From: Octopus sinensis
Taxonomy: Eukaryota
Reading direction: 5' to 3'
Length of the DNA stretch: 64,000 bases
Assembly: GCF_006345805.1 (NCBI RefSeq)
Contig: NC_043002.1
Span: forward strand, 82,708,001 to 82,772,000
The notes beneath the pieces were generated by a model, which worked only from the letters and a program-made list of their open reading frames with translations, was not told the DNA's origin and ran no database searches. This document shows, one piece after another, positions 39,430 to 53,644 of the stretch. The translations under genes were made by a program, and so were the position numbers. Within the stretch, counting starts at the first letter, position 1; each line of letters opens with the position of its first letter.

Positions 39430-40450
39430 AGTGAGCAGTGTTCCGCAGAGAGCCACGATCACAAGTTATGCAGATGATACAAAAGTTTCACAGGCAATAC
39501 AGAACCCTGAAGACACTAAGCACCTGCAGTGTGAGCTGGACAAAATATCCAAGTGGGCTGAAAAGAATAGCATGTAATTCAATGCTGAAAAGTTTCAAGC
39601 TTTATACTATCAGCATGCAAAACTAAATGCAATACCCAATAAATACACTGGACCTGGAGGGATTGCAATCCCAGAGGCACAATCAGTGCGAGACCTGGGT
39701 ATTTACATGAGTGATGATGCAACCTTTCATGTGCATGTTGCTAAATTGGCAATGAAATGTAGGCGGCTGACCGGATGGATTCTTAGAACCTTTAGAACAA
39801 GAGACCAGGAAACCATGGTGGTCCTCTGGCAGACACTTGTCCTAAGCCACTTTGACTATTGCACTCAGCTATGGTCAACATCCAGTGTCAAGTTAATCAC
39901 AAAACTTGAGGCGATCCAACGAAGCTACACGAAGAAGATAGCCTCTGTGCAGCATATAAGCTATTGGGAAAGACTCAAGAGATTGAGACTCTATTCCTTA
40001 GAGTGTAGGCGAGAAATATATGCCATAATATACATCTGGAAGATCCTAGAAGGACTTGTCCCAAACTTTGGCATTGAGAGTTACACAAATGCCAGAACTG
40101 GGCGCCACTGCATAGTGCCAAGGACTCCAAATTTGCCATCAAGATATAGTACAAGATACTGTGATAGCCTGGGCTTCCGAGGCCCACAGCTCTTCAATAT
40201 CCTCCTGAAGAGCCTAAGAGACCTGCATGGGGTGGATGCAGATGTCTTTAAAATGAAACTGGATCTCTTCTTGTCAGGTGTCCCAGATGAACCAACTTCA
40301 TGGCAGGAGGTGCAGATGAGGGCAGCTGCATCGAACTCTCTTATGCACCAGATGGCATTTGCTAAAACGCATTCATGAAGTAAAATCATGTAGCAACACC
40401 AAATGACGGTGCCCCAGCATGGCCACAGCTTGTGAGCTGAAACTAAATAA
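39430..40450 (+). mobile_element. 5'-truncated CR1-group LINE (RT C-terminal part and 3' tail)
   Basis: SYADDTK, RDLGIYMSDD, SHFDYCTQLW, LEAIQRSYTK, ISYWERLKRLRLYSLECRRE; stops upstream of 39686. Confidence 0.85.
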
Positions 40451-40689
40451 AATTTTTAAAAAATATTATTGTTATTTTAATATTTCTATTATATGTAATT
40501 TTCTAGATGGTGTAATTTAATTGTTCATTTTGAATTGATAAAAGGTGGTTTTTTTCAAATTTTGTTATATATATATATATATATAAATATATTGTGTGAA
40601 ATTTAATTTAGTATTTCTAAATTGAATTTTTCCCTGTAAGTTAGGATTAATATTTCCTCAAATAATAATAATTATATATATATGTGTGT

Positions 40690-42545
40690 GTGTGTGTTAA
40701 ATTATAAAGCACAAAAACAAAATGACTCTCCCCAGACACAACAGAATATGCTTCAACACACGAACTCACATAAAGAATCTTGCAAACCAAATCCAAAAAC
40801 AAAATACATACATACATACATACATATATATATATATACATCAGAGGTGAAGGGTGACTAGGAAATTATGACAAGCAGTCTCCCCCAACCCCTCTACTAG
40901 TGGCAGCTCTTGTACAGACCCTGCGGAACTGCAGCACCCTGCTTCCACTCGACATCATCAATAACATCCATATATATATGTGTATGTATGTATACACATT
41001 ATATCTTTATATGACATGGGCTTCCAGTTTCTGCCTACTAAATCCATTCACAAGGAACTTGCCCAATGTTCCAAACAGTGGGACGGAACCAGGAACCATG
41101 TGGTTGTGGGAAAAAAGATTTATTTTTTGCTGTTACAGAATCGTAATCTCTTATATTTAAAACACAAATTCAAAGAAATTATAGGCGTCAGCGACTACAT
41201 AATTTCCGACTCTCTTCTACAGGATTACTTCTATATCTTCAGTGATTTAAAACGGTATTCTTTTATTTGTTTCAGTCATTTGACCGCGGCCATGTTGGAG
41301 CACCGTAAAAGATAATTTATTGTAATAGTATATTTTTCTTACTTACACGTGCGCACCCACCACCCAGAGACTCGCTTTAAAAATTTAAATTACAAGATTT
41401 TTTTGTTGTTGATTAAATCCTAGTAATGGGTTACTGTTTGGACTAAACAAAATGTGTTAACGGGGAGAAAAATATTGAAAACATCAATACATGCAAGGAA
41501 AGTACCATGTGGTCAAGGGATGTGCTAGAAACAACAGCTAAATCTACGTTAAATCACAAACTTTTTAGTACACTCTCTTTACTCTTTTACTTGTTTCAGT
41601 CATTTGACTGCGGCCATACTGGAGCACCGCTTCTAGTCGAGCAAATCGACCCCGGGACTTATTCTTTGTAAGCCCAGTACTTATCTATCGGTGTCTTTTG
41701 CCGAACCGCTAAGTTACGGGGACGTAAACACACCAGCATCGGTCGTCAAGCAATGCTAGGGGGACAAACACACACATATATACGACGGGCTTCTTTCAGT
41801 TTCCGTCAACCAAATCCACTCACAAGGCATTGGTCGGCCCGGAGCTATAGCAGAAGACACTTGTCCAAGATGCCACGCAGTGTGACTGAACCCGGAACCA
41901 TGTGGTTGGTAAGCAAGCTACTTACCACACAGCCACTCCTGCGCCTATGAAAATATTTTCAAAGTTTTTTCTATCCTTTTTACCGAAAAGGCTACTCCCA
42001 TTGTTTTTAGGTGTGTAGAGGAAAAAAGAAAAAAAGAAAACCCGAGCCAAAATCGGTCTAGAGGGGTGCAGGTGGGTGGTGGTTAAAAAGATAAAAAATT
42101 TTCCAAAATTTTTTCATAAAAAAATTTGCTCCCATCATTTTGAAGGCCGTGGTGAAAACAAAATTGGGAAAATCTCCATCAAAAACGGAGAAAATACAAC
42201 TTAAGTGGATGTTCCGATCCGAAGCTACACCGGTGTTAAAAACACACACACACACACAAAAAGGGGGAGAAATAATTACAGGAGTCGATTTTTTTCGTCT
42301 AAAAACTTTTGGAGGCGGTTCAATGACTCAGATAAAGTTATAGAAGGCTGACAGGAAATTAAGACGACGCAGTCGTGTGAAGATAGGAAGTATGATAGTA
42401 GATTCGTAGAATTTATATCAGTTTATTTTCCGCGGAATTACATTCAAGTTTTTCGCGGATTTACTTTCAATTGTTCCCGTAATTTCTATTATCCTCGACC
42501 TCGGAATATAAACTTATTTACAGTTGCTAACTTCTAGTACATATT
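40690..42545 (+). repeat. Local segmental duplication, copy 2 (less rearranged)
   Basis: Collinear with 20400-23320 but lacks the family C insertion and the internal patchwork duplications. Confidence 0.85.
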
Positions 42546-45500
42546 TACAGAATCGTAATCTCTTATATTTAAAACACAAATTCAAAGAAATTATAGGCGC
42601 CAGCGACTACATAATTTCCGACTCTCTTCTACAGGATTACTTCTATATCTTCAGTGATTTAAAACGGTATTCTTTTATTTGTTTCACTCATTTGACTGCG
42701 GCCCTTCAAATGTGATATTTTGTTGGCGGTACTATAATCATTCAAACATTTCCAAGGGGTTCGGGGCCGGCTTCTTTGTAGGTAATAATATATTGATAAC
42801 CGGCTTGAGGTTTAGGTGAGATCGAGAATAACATTAGGTAATATGTTTAAGGGAAAACAAGACATAGTTAAAGAGTCTTGAACGTAATAAAGTAGGTAAT
42901 TGTTCAGTTTAGGGATATTAAAAAAGTAAATAAAAATTAAGAGGTGGTAGATAGCTAGTAAAGGGACATCATAAATACTGTAGTATGGTAACATGGCAAA
43001 TTACAATTTTCGCACGTGTATAAATTTATAATTAATCGATGCCATGCCAGCCACTGAAGAATTTTGTCTCGGGATTCAGCTAATTGGGTGATATTCTAAG
43101 ATTGAGTCATGATTGAGGATTTCAGTTTCCACATGCCATTCTGATCAATTCCGAAGTAAATAATACCCAGTATTTATGTTGACTTATGTCCCTTTACTAG
43201 TTATCTCTCCCTTAATTTTTATTTACTTTTTTAATATCCCTTAACTAAGCAGTTACCAATAAAGTATATCTGGTCTTCTATCTTCATGTCTATATATTAT
43301 TATTTAAAATATTAGTACTTTATCAACTATGAACGATTGCATGCAAAATTGACCTCAGCAGAATTTCAGCTCGGGTGTTCATGGTAAATACAGCACGACA
43401 AACATACTATTAACTTTTGTAGATCAAATATTCTAGCCCCACCCATTGGTATAATTAATAGTTTCATAAACACGCTGTAAGCGTATGAATATTTTTGCTT
43501 ACATGTGAGGGTTCAGTGTACGATATGTATTTCTTTTTTCTTTCTTATTCACAAAATTTGTTAATTTGATATCTTTTATATTTATAAACTTCTTGATACT
43601 TATTTTGTTTTCTATTCTCTTGGTATTTACGTTTCAACAATAAACAATAGATGTGCATAAAATATGCTTGCCGATTCCATCTGAAAGATAGTTTTATCGT
43701 GCCACTTGGATAATGTTGGTGAACCATATTACGTAGTTATATGAGAGACATCAGAGGATTTGAACTTGTATTATCAACACTGTTCACTAGTACTCATACT
43801 CTCAGTTTTGTTAATTTACTAAATGATTATGTCGTAGACTTGGCTGTTGCAAACATAGATACTTTTACCGTATCCTCAATAAGAAGGAAAAAATGAATTT
43901 GATCAACAAAAATTGAGTAGTGTACTTCCAGCATGATGTGCAAGATCACCCTACAAATTAAGTTTAGTCAGTCACTTTTATTTTGCGTCCAATTTCCATA
44001 CTGATATGGGTTGGATGGATCATAATACTTCAAGACAGCTCTTGTCTGGAATGACTGCACTTTTGCATGAGCCAGGGGCTGCCCTTTTACACAAACTTGT
44101 ACTTTCCATTTTTGGCATAGTTTCAATGGCTAAATGCTCTTCCTAACACCAACCACTATGCAAAGTTCAATGAATGCATTTTATCATGGTACCATCACAA
44201 GAGAAGTTACCTTGTCACCGATGTGTGCCCTCTTCAATACACACTTGCCATTCACTCAAGGCAACGTGAATGAGAGGGTGAATAAAGGAAGAGTAATGGC
44301 AAGATTACATGAGTAAGAGACAGGGAGACAATGAAGGTAGTAATGAAGAGTAATTGATACAAGACTGTCTTAACAACCTTATAGGCTTCCAAGTAAAACA
44401 ATGCACTGGGTCCTGTAGTGTTAATTTATTGCTAGTAAGCCACAACATACAGTGGCCCCCTAGAGTTGTGAGGTCCCTGGGTTATTGCCCAGTTTGACTG
44501 TGCCTTAAAATGGTACTAGGTAGGTCCCTACATGTTGGTTATTGGTAAGTGGGAGAATGATTTATGTTGAGGAAATGATGTATGAAAGAGAATAAGTGTC
44601 AACAAAAACCAAAAACAGGAAATTCAGTTAACAAAAAAATTAAGCTTGCTGCATTGTATTTACTACAGTCAATCAAAATATATGGTTTATACATTCTTTG
44701 GATCACTTAAGTCATGTTCTTAAACTTTTGAGACAGAAAAAAAAACATGAATGCTTTTAAACTGTAAGATACTTTCTATAAGAATTTTCTAATTTTGTAA
44801 AATGTTTGATTTAGCTTAATTTATTTGCCTTTGGCTATACTGTGCTGATGATTCATATAATAGCTTACCACCAGGAATACATCACATATTTTATCTTCTT
44901 TCTATGATTAAAAAGCAAAGGTGAGAACATTTTTAAGTATAATAATACAAAATGTTGGCTTCATTTCAAGGCTAGAAAACCTGTTTTAGTGAATGGTGAT
45001 AATGTGATGATAATTTCTTATTAATCAAAAGTTCTGATCAACACCATATAAACTAGTCATTACATTTTTGTTTGTCCAATACTTTCTTCATATTTATATT
45101 TTTAATGTATAAGATTATACATAAAAAAAATTTCTTTTCAAAATTTTAAATTTCTAAAATTTCCTCTTCCTTAAATTTTCCTTTTTTTAATTTTTATTTA
45201 TTTTTTACACGTTTTCAAAATTTTAAGTTTTACATCTTTGAAAAATCAATCATTAAGATTCTGCCAAGCATTTTTCAAAACTTCAAAATAATTTTCCATT
45301 TGAAAATTGAAAAAGTTAAGCATGATTTTACACATGCACAAGCCAAATTATGGATTCTCTTTGGAAATGAAAAGCTGGCATGTCATTTGAAGAAAAAGAG
45401 GTGTTTGAGAGTACTTTCAACCACTTTACACTACAGAAACCAGGATAAGCTCTGGCTGAATGATCCTGTAAGCTCATAATAGACCTGAGGTTTGAATGCA

Positions 45501-47224
45501 TTGAAAATTCTGAGAGTATGTGTGTGTGTGTGCATGTGCACAAATTTTGAGAGGTTCTTTCATTTGGTAAGGAAGAAATGCCACTAAGCCCAGTATGCTA
45601 ACAATTCTGCCAGCTCCCCATCTTACAAATTAAGAAAGCTTCTTCCCTTTTTTGTAGATATATAAATTGCAAAATCTTGAGCCAGCCACATTTCTATGTA
45701 AGCTGTCTTTTGAATTGCGCCAACCATATGCATGTGTATGAAAGTAATAGTATTACATATTTTTTTACATTCAAATTTGAAAGCTTTCCTCTATTTTTAT
45801 ATAAGCGTGTTTAAAGATAATGGAGTGAAAATGCCTGCATAATTATCACATGATGTGTATGCATGTTTGTGTTACATTTATATTGGCAAAACCAGAAATT
45901 AGTGAACTAAATTAATTATATCGATTCAAACACATATTTCAGAACAAAATGTGAGTTATATTAGTTCAAGAACAATTTGATCAATAACATAAATTAATAA
46001 CTGAAGAACAACTTGTTTACATACAGCAAAATAATTTTTTTCAAACACTCAACAGATAAGTGACCTCGATATAATAGTGCACAATAAAAGATGAAAATAG
46101 TAATTAGGAGGTACAGCATTGGTCACACTGTCCCAACGAGATAGCTTTTAGTGGAACTTATCCAGCTCCACTAAATCTTACAATAAATTTCTCCTAATGA
46201 TTCTAGCAATTATTGAAAAGTAGAATGCTCCTAGTAAGACCAGTTATTCCTATGCTTATTTATTTGGGATTCCAAGTAGACTTAGATTAACCATCAAACA
46301 ATTTAAGTACATGCTTGGGACACCACAGGTGTTTTAATTGAGTGGGCTTGATTTACCATGATGCAAATTGACAAATTATACATTTTTAAGATATAAAAAA
46401 GAAAAATAAGGGTTGAAATTTGCTTTTTTTTAATTTTATTTATTATTTATTGTTTTTTTTTTGTTCTTGTTACAATAAATTATTTGGAAGTGCAAGCAAG
46501 CATGTGAAGCTTGCTTTGCAAACGCATGATTTCGAGTTCAGTCCCATTGCGTAGCACCTTAGGCAAGTATCTTCTACTACAGCCCCAGGCTGAGCAATGC
46601 TTTGTGAGTGAATTTGGTTGATGGAAATTGTATGAAAGTCTGTCGTATGCATGTATATGTATCTCATTGTGTCTGTGTTTGTCCTTCTCCCCATCTCTTG
46701 ACAACCATTGTTAGTTTCTTTCCTTTTATCCCAGCATATATAAAGAATGCATTGAAATTGAGAGATATTAATTAGAAAGAAGACATGAACGAGACCAACT
46801 TTTCTGTTTACTTAATAGAATTACGAAGTCGGAAGTTTAGTAGTAAAGGGAGACTACTTTAAATTTGAAACAGCCAATGATGTTAGTCAGACACATTAAC
46901 TGCTTAATTATAAGGATAGTTATGTTATTAGTAAAGTAATTACTCATGGGGGAAAATATGTCAGCCTGCTGTTATAAGTATCTTTATTACTTTGTCGTCT
47001 CTCTATTTTTAAATTGACAGCTTTCTGTCAGTTATGGATATGATGTAAAATGGAAAAACAGCTGTCAACCTGCTGTTAGAATATCTTAATTAGTCACATG
47101 AAAAACTTTTTTTTTTGAGAAATTATTGATTTATTCCATACATACACCGTATTGCAAATTTTGAGAGAGGGGAAAACTGTCGATTGCATTACTAGATTTC
47201 ATTTCATCTCATCTTCGCTCACTT

Positions 47225-47745
47225 ATTCTTGAGACAGTCGTGACAGTAAATACCCTCCATCAGGCATTTGCCATATTCTGAATGCCTTACTTCCCTTTGC
47301 ATGGACACATTGAAACTCCGACGTCTGGCAGCTGACTTGGCAGACACCCATAAAATTATCAACCATCTTACAAACAATAACTCTGAGCACCTTTTCAAAC
47401 TCCACCCGTCTAACACCCGTGGACATATTTACAAAGTCAGAAAACAGCACAGCTCCCATGACTTTAGGAAACGTTTTTTCACGCTGAGAGTTGCTGAAGC
47501 ATGGAACAAACTGCCGGCATCAGTTGTTAGTTGTCGGAGCACTGCATCCTTCAAAAACTTCCATGCTTTCTGAGATTCGCCAACACTACACCTGATTTTC
47601 TCCCCTCCATACACACGCAAGCATGTACCTGACTCATACACTGTTCGCTTTCCAGACATTTGTACATTACTGCATATACTTTATACGCACTTTCTGACAA
47701 GTTGTGGTGCACCTGAGCACTGTATACAATAATTTCATTATTATA
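47225..47745 (+). mobile_element. CR1-group LINE 3' fragment
   Basis: LKLRRLAADL..TRGHIYKV..RKRFFTLRVAEAWNKLPASVV, a typical CR1 ORF2 C-terminus. Confidence 0.8.
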
Positions 47746-50700
47746 TAAGTCCTCAAGCACGCCTATCATGCCCTGTCAAAAGTAACTGTCTCTAATTGAT
47801 CCTGTTGGATTTCAAAGCGAGACCCACAGAGCTTATGGGTATTATCAAACGACCTTACTCGCGGTCTACCACATTCACTCATAGAGCATTGATCTATCTG
47901 AGACCATAGCTGAAGACACTTGCATACTGTGAGAATGAATACTGTTTCAATACAAACTTCTTAACTAGACAGCTATATCATTGCGTGTGTGTGTATAAAC
48001 AAGGTTTAACTGCAGAATGAAACAACTATAGTACTCAATACAAAAATATTTATATACATTTATACGGACTACAGCTTATCCATCATGATTACCTTGGCTT
48101 TTTGTCAAGGAACATTCGTCAGATCACAGTTTCTGTACGCCTCGACTTTTCTAAGGCGATACTGAAAAAGTTAAAATTAAGAATTTTGTGTAGGAAACAA
48201 AACTCTTACATGATTGAGATTAGTTATTTCCCCTTAATAGTACAATTTAATTTCAAAACGGATTGGAATAAATAACAGACGTAAAGAAAGAGTTATAGAA
48301 GAGTAAAGAATTGTGAAAAATAAAAGCACCAAGAACAGAAAAAGGGGGGGGGGGGAACATGAAAGCAAAGGAAAAAATGAATGGAGAATAAGGTGCATAT
48401 ACATACATGCATTTATATATATATATATAAATGCATATGTTCATTTGTTTGGAGAAAGTTAGCCATACAAAATGGATGCTTCTCAATATGTTTACACTTT
48501 CAAAAATTTTTCACCTGGTATACTCAAAAGATCTGGTATACCCTAAATATCATAGAGATTATATAAATTTATAAAAACGAGGCATTTTTCTGCAGTGCGA
48601 ATTAAAAATGTTGTTTAATTCTATTCTGATTAAACTTTGTTCTTGCAATAATCATGAATTTGATATTATAATTGGAAGAATGTAATCAACTAATTTTGCT
48701 GCAATCCACTGAATGATGTCTGACAGATGAAGTATGGTTGTAGAATCTTTATATGAACTTTGCTTCAATTATGCCTATGCATTGTTCACAAGCCTCTATG
48801 AAGGTATCACTCCATTATAAGTGATGGCTTCTACATTGCAAGTCACATTTAGTAGACATACATTGCTCTTTCCACATGATATAGTACCAGATACATACAT
48901 ACATACATGCACACACACATGTGTTTAGATGTATGCATGTATATATGTACTTTTTTTTTTCATCAAAATTCTTTCAGGAAGAAACAAGTTAGTTTCTAAC
49001 AAGAGCACAAAGCTTCATTCCTAGAATTTGGATCATAACAGTGACAAACGTTACATGTTGAATTGTAGAAACTTCCTCCATATTGTTCTACTTATAGATT
49101 GTGTTAGCCAATCCTTCCTTTGCATGAAAATGTAATGTATATGCCTCCTTGTGTGTGTGTGTGTATTATGTATAAAGATTACAGGACAACACAGTATAAC
49201 TTTTAGTGAACTGTTGGCATTAGCAAATTGAGAAGAAATTACAGATAACAGCTAAATACCTTATATTAAACTATATTCATTTTCTGATAGCCATGTAGTC
49301 TTTGACATTAGTTGCTATTCATTGGTCTGGTTTAACATGCTCAAATTGGGGTTTGGACATGCAGTGCAAAGGTCAAAATATATTGAATTGTTTTGCTTGG
49401 GATTAAAGAGTGCTAACAAATGGTGTGGAGATTCTCAATAAACAGGAATAATAACACTTTTTGCATACAATTGTGGTTTTCTTAGAACAACTTGAATTTC
49501 TAAATATATGTAAATGCAGTCTGAGTTCAAATTCTGCTACGGTCGACTTTGCCTTTCATCCTTCGAGGCTGATAAATTAAGTACCAGTGAAACACTGGGG
49601 TCAGTGTAATCAATTAGTCCCCTCCCCCAAAATTTCAGGCCTTGTGCTTATATTAGAAAGGATTATTATTATTATCATTATCAAAGCATTGAGCTGACAG
49701 AATCATTAGCATGCTGGGCAAAATGCTTAGTGGTATTTCACCTGTCTTTTCATTCTGAGTTCAAATTCTGCCAAGGTCGACTTTGCCTTTCATCCTTTTG
49801 GGGTCTATAAATTAAGTACCAGTCAAGTACTGCGGTCAATGTGATGGACTTGCCTCCTCCCCACAAATTTCAGGCCTTGTGCCTATAGAAGAAAGGATTA
49901 TCATCATCATCATCACCATCATCATCATCAACATCATCATCATCATCAACCTCATCATCATCATCATCAAGAAGAAGGTAGCAAGACTGCAGAATCATTA
50001 GCACACCAGGCAACATGCTTAGCATCATTTCATCCGTCTTTTCATTCTGAGTTCAAATTCCACTGAGGTCAACTTTGCCTTTCATCCTTTCGAGTTGATA
50101 AATTAAGTACCAGTGAAACACTGGGATCGATGTAATTGGCCATCTGCCTCCCAGAAAATTTCAGGTCTTGTGGATTATTATTATTATTATCATTTTCATC
50201 ATCATCATCATCGTTGTTGTTGTTGTTGTTTAATTAGAATTATTTGTTTTACTACATTGAGTTTATTAATCCTAACTTTATCATTGTTTGTGTGTGTGTG
50301 TGTAAATCCCCTTATTCTTTTAATTAATTTTTGATGATTACTTGCGTACCTTTTGTACATCATCAGAGTGATTCCCTTATACTAACCTGGCAAACACAGA
50401 GAAAGTTATATTTTGCTGAGGAGGTCTAATAATATGTCTAGTATTTTCACCTAGACTTTTCAAAGACAGCTTGAATTAGAAATATTACCAGTTATTAAAT
50501 TTTTCTCTCACTACATTATGTATGATGATCCTAACTTAACTACTATTTTTTTTTTTTTTTTGTGTGCACATATTATACTTGTGTACAAGTTCAGCATAGC
50601 TAAGCATCACTCATGAGCAATATGATATGGTAACATGTACCATGCTTTCACTAATTGCTCTAGGTACCTAGGTAGTCATGAGCAAACACAGACACCCACT

Positions 50701-51099
50701 CAGGCACCTCGTCCTTGACTCAGCTGATTATCCAGGATATAACAGCTGAAGGAAAAGAGGGCTGCACCAGCACCAAGCTATTACTCATTACAGCTGAGAA
50801 GGCTGGAGCAATGCGAAACATTGCTTTTGCTCAAAGACAGAACATGTTGCCTGGTTCTGGAATTGAACCCTCAACCTAATGATCAGTAGTCAAACATCTT
50901 AATCACTGGGCCATGCACCTTCACCATTCTTGGATAATTTCTCTTAACCTTGATTTGTAATTTTTAACTTTATATCAAAACACATTGAAATGTATTTTGT
51001 TAGTAACTCATATTTTTGTGTCTTTAAACAAAGTGCTTCATATTTATTTATTTATCTTTTAATTTCATATTTGTTTTAAAAGACGACCAAACTTTTGAA

Positions 51100-51204
51100 A
51101 TGACTGACAAATTCTTGTACTTTGCTTTTGCAAGCAACCTTCTGAAAGAACGCCTTGGCATCAACAATAAAACAGCTGTCTTTAAAGCAGTTGCTAAATT
51201 GGAG
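51100..51204 (+). CDS. GGCT: Gamma-glutamylcyclotransferase, coding exon 1
   Basis: Acceptor at 51081-51082, ATG 51100, MTDKFLYFAFASNLLKERLGINNKTAVFKAVAKLE, donor gag|gtaaag. Matches the GGCT FLYFAYGSNLL.ER motif. Confidence 0.92.
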
Positions 51205-52514
51205 GTAAAGGAAATATATTCATTTTCATTTTTCCTTTGTTTAATTATTTAACCATATCTAAACTATTTTTAAAGGTGATTACATTGGTGGTGCTCTAAC
51301 ATGGCCACAGTCTTTGGGCTGAAGCATAAAAAGAATAAAAGAAGCATTGATTCCTATGGAACAGCCATATTGATGTGGTGATAAACGTTACTTACCAGTA
51401 TAATTACTGCTTTCATCTTATATAGCAATTTTCTAACTAGCTACTTTGCTTGTTTCATCCCTTATAGAAATTTTCTAACAATAGATAATTCCTGTTAACC
51501 CTTTCATTACCAACCTGGCTGAAACCAGCTCTGGCTCTGAGTACAAATGTCTTGTTTCCATAAGTTTTGAATAAAAATCTTCCACCAAACCTTAGTCGCA
51601 ATTTATGTTCATAACACTAGCTTAATGATAACCAAGTTATTTTACTAAATTCTTTTTAATAGTTAAAGTAATTGAAAGAAATACAGAGCATTTCAAAATA
51701 AATACAGTAACGAAAGGGTTAAGTATGACTTATGATGTAAGTGTAATTTTGTAAAATTAAGTCAAAGACCTCAATTCTGATTACAAACATTAATAGAAAT
51801 GAGAATGCTGAAAATGATATGGATCTTCAAATGTATGTCTCTATACAGATGAGTGGACCAGTGGTTAGATTGTTGCACTTACATTCATGAGATCATGGTT
51901 TCAGTTCCTGGACCAGGTGGTATATTGTGTTCTTCAGTAAATTACCTTTTCTCCTGTTTCTCTGTGATCACTTCAACTCCTGACATGTGGTTCACTGTGC
52001 ACCTGTTCAAGCAACAATAATTTGATGGAGGGCATGAACTAATGTACAGCACATACATTTAATCACTATAAACAGATCATTTGTGCAGGCTGTTCAGCAA
52101 GAAATTGTAGAACTGTGTGTGTGTATGTGTGCATGCATGCATGCATGTATGTATATAGTCAAATCAAATAAATGAACAATAAAATTAATAATAACAAACC
52201 ACAAGAGTACATGCACAAGGAGTGTATTAGTTTGACACTCAGTAAAAAGAGAGAGTTTTTGACATTTCAAACATAGCTCTTCATCAGAAAGGAGAAAGGG
52301 AAAGAAATCACCAACAGCACATATGTAATTATATTGTTGTATGTATGTATCTATAAAATGATTTGGTCAAATTCACAATGTTCATCCTAAATAGAGAGTC
52401 AAACCCATTTCTTTATGATTAAGAACCTAGTTGCAGTTGGCTAGCCACAAAGCTATGTGTTTTCTCACATATATATACACATGCATGCATACACGCACAC
52501 ACACACATACACAC

Positions 52515-53400
52515 GATGATGATGGCTGTCCACTTGTGATCAAGTAAGACCATGACTGGCCAGTGTCCATAAAAAATGCCAGCAATACCTGTGCATTAGG
52601 TTCCTGCACCAGTATTGGCTTCACGCATCCACAGCTTCCATGCTCACCACAATGCTCGCCTTCTTTCCTGGCCATCAGATAATCTCCTTGCCAGTGATTG
52701 CTCGCCCTAAAATTTTAAGTGCAATAAGGCAGCTTGCACAGCATCTCACAGAATCCTCTCCATCCTACTGACATGATCCAGAGAGAAGCCAGGACAAGAT
52801 ACTAAGGCGGCGAGCTGGCAGAAATGTTAGCACGCCGGGCAAAATGCTTAGCTGTATTTTGTCTGCCATTACATTCTGAGTTCAAATTCCGCTGAGGTCA
52901 ATTTTGCCTTTCATCCTTTCGGGGTCGATTAAATAAGTACCAGTTATGCACTGGGGTCGATGTAATCGACTTAATCCGTTTGTCTGCCCTTGTTTGTCCC
53001 CTCTGTGTGTAGCCCCTTGTGGGCAGTAAAGAAATAAGATACTCAGTGCCATTACAGGTTGCAGGCTCAGGAATGTGGGAGTGCCATGATTCTAAGTGCA
53101 ACCAAAAGATCTCCAAAATGTTTGATGTCATTCCCTGCATATCTGTTTTTATATCAAAGTGACCCACTCCTAAAGACAAAAGCTAAATGGTGCCTCACTT
53201 CCAGTGGTGTTCCAGCACTTTGGACACAAATCCAAAATTTCTGCTTGGTAGTTACTGAATCTACACTAGGTTCATCTATCTTTTTGACAGGTCCTGTTTT
53301 TAGTCCTGCTGAGTTTCTAACAGTCCTCCTCACCAGGCAAGCCTAGTGGGGTAGCCAGTTTAGTCACCAACGGCCCAACCATGCAGCAAGTTGTACTTGA
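52515..53400 (-). mobile_element. Highly decayed RTE-like LINE remnant interrupted by a SINE
   Basis: (CAT)n-type tail and weak RTE-like C-terminal peptides. The ~100-bp tail is repeated at about 53480-53575. Confidence 0.4.
52804..53035 (+). mobile_element. SINE family B (tRNA head with Meta-like central domain)
   Basis: aaggcggcgagctggcagaa..gagttcaaattccgctgaggtc..tttgcctttcatcctttcggggtcg..aagtaccag, flanked by an 8-bp duplication aagatact (52796-52803 / 53036-53043). Other copies at about 26700-27075, 49510-50180 (three), 55570-55990, 57228-57449 and 58755-58960. Confidence 0.8.
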
Positions 53401-53606
53401 TTCCATGTTACCAGTAACACTCATGAGAGATCTCACAAGTGACCATACATATTTGTTGGCTCACCTTATATATGTATACACACACACACACACGATGATG
53501 ATGGCTGTCCACCCATGACCAAAGAAGTCCATGATTGGCCATTATCCATAAAATATGCCAGCAGTACCTGTGCATGGCTGCAGTCACATGACTGAAACAA
53601 GTAAAA

Positions 53607-53644
<38 letters not shown>

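Noticed and set aside
48093-48161. AG..GT-bounded segment on minus
   Set aside because: Stops in all three frames and no supporting context.
48600-49150. Possible Tigger/pogo transposase remnant on minus
   Set aside because: Only a weak FHA..G-like trace; too decayed to support.
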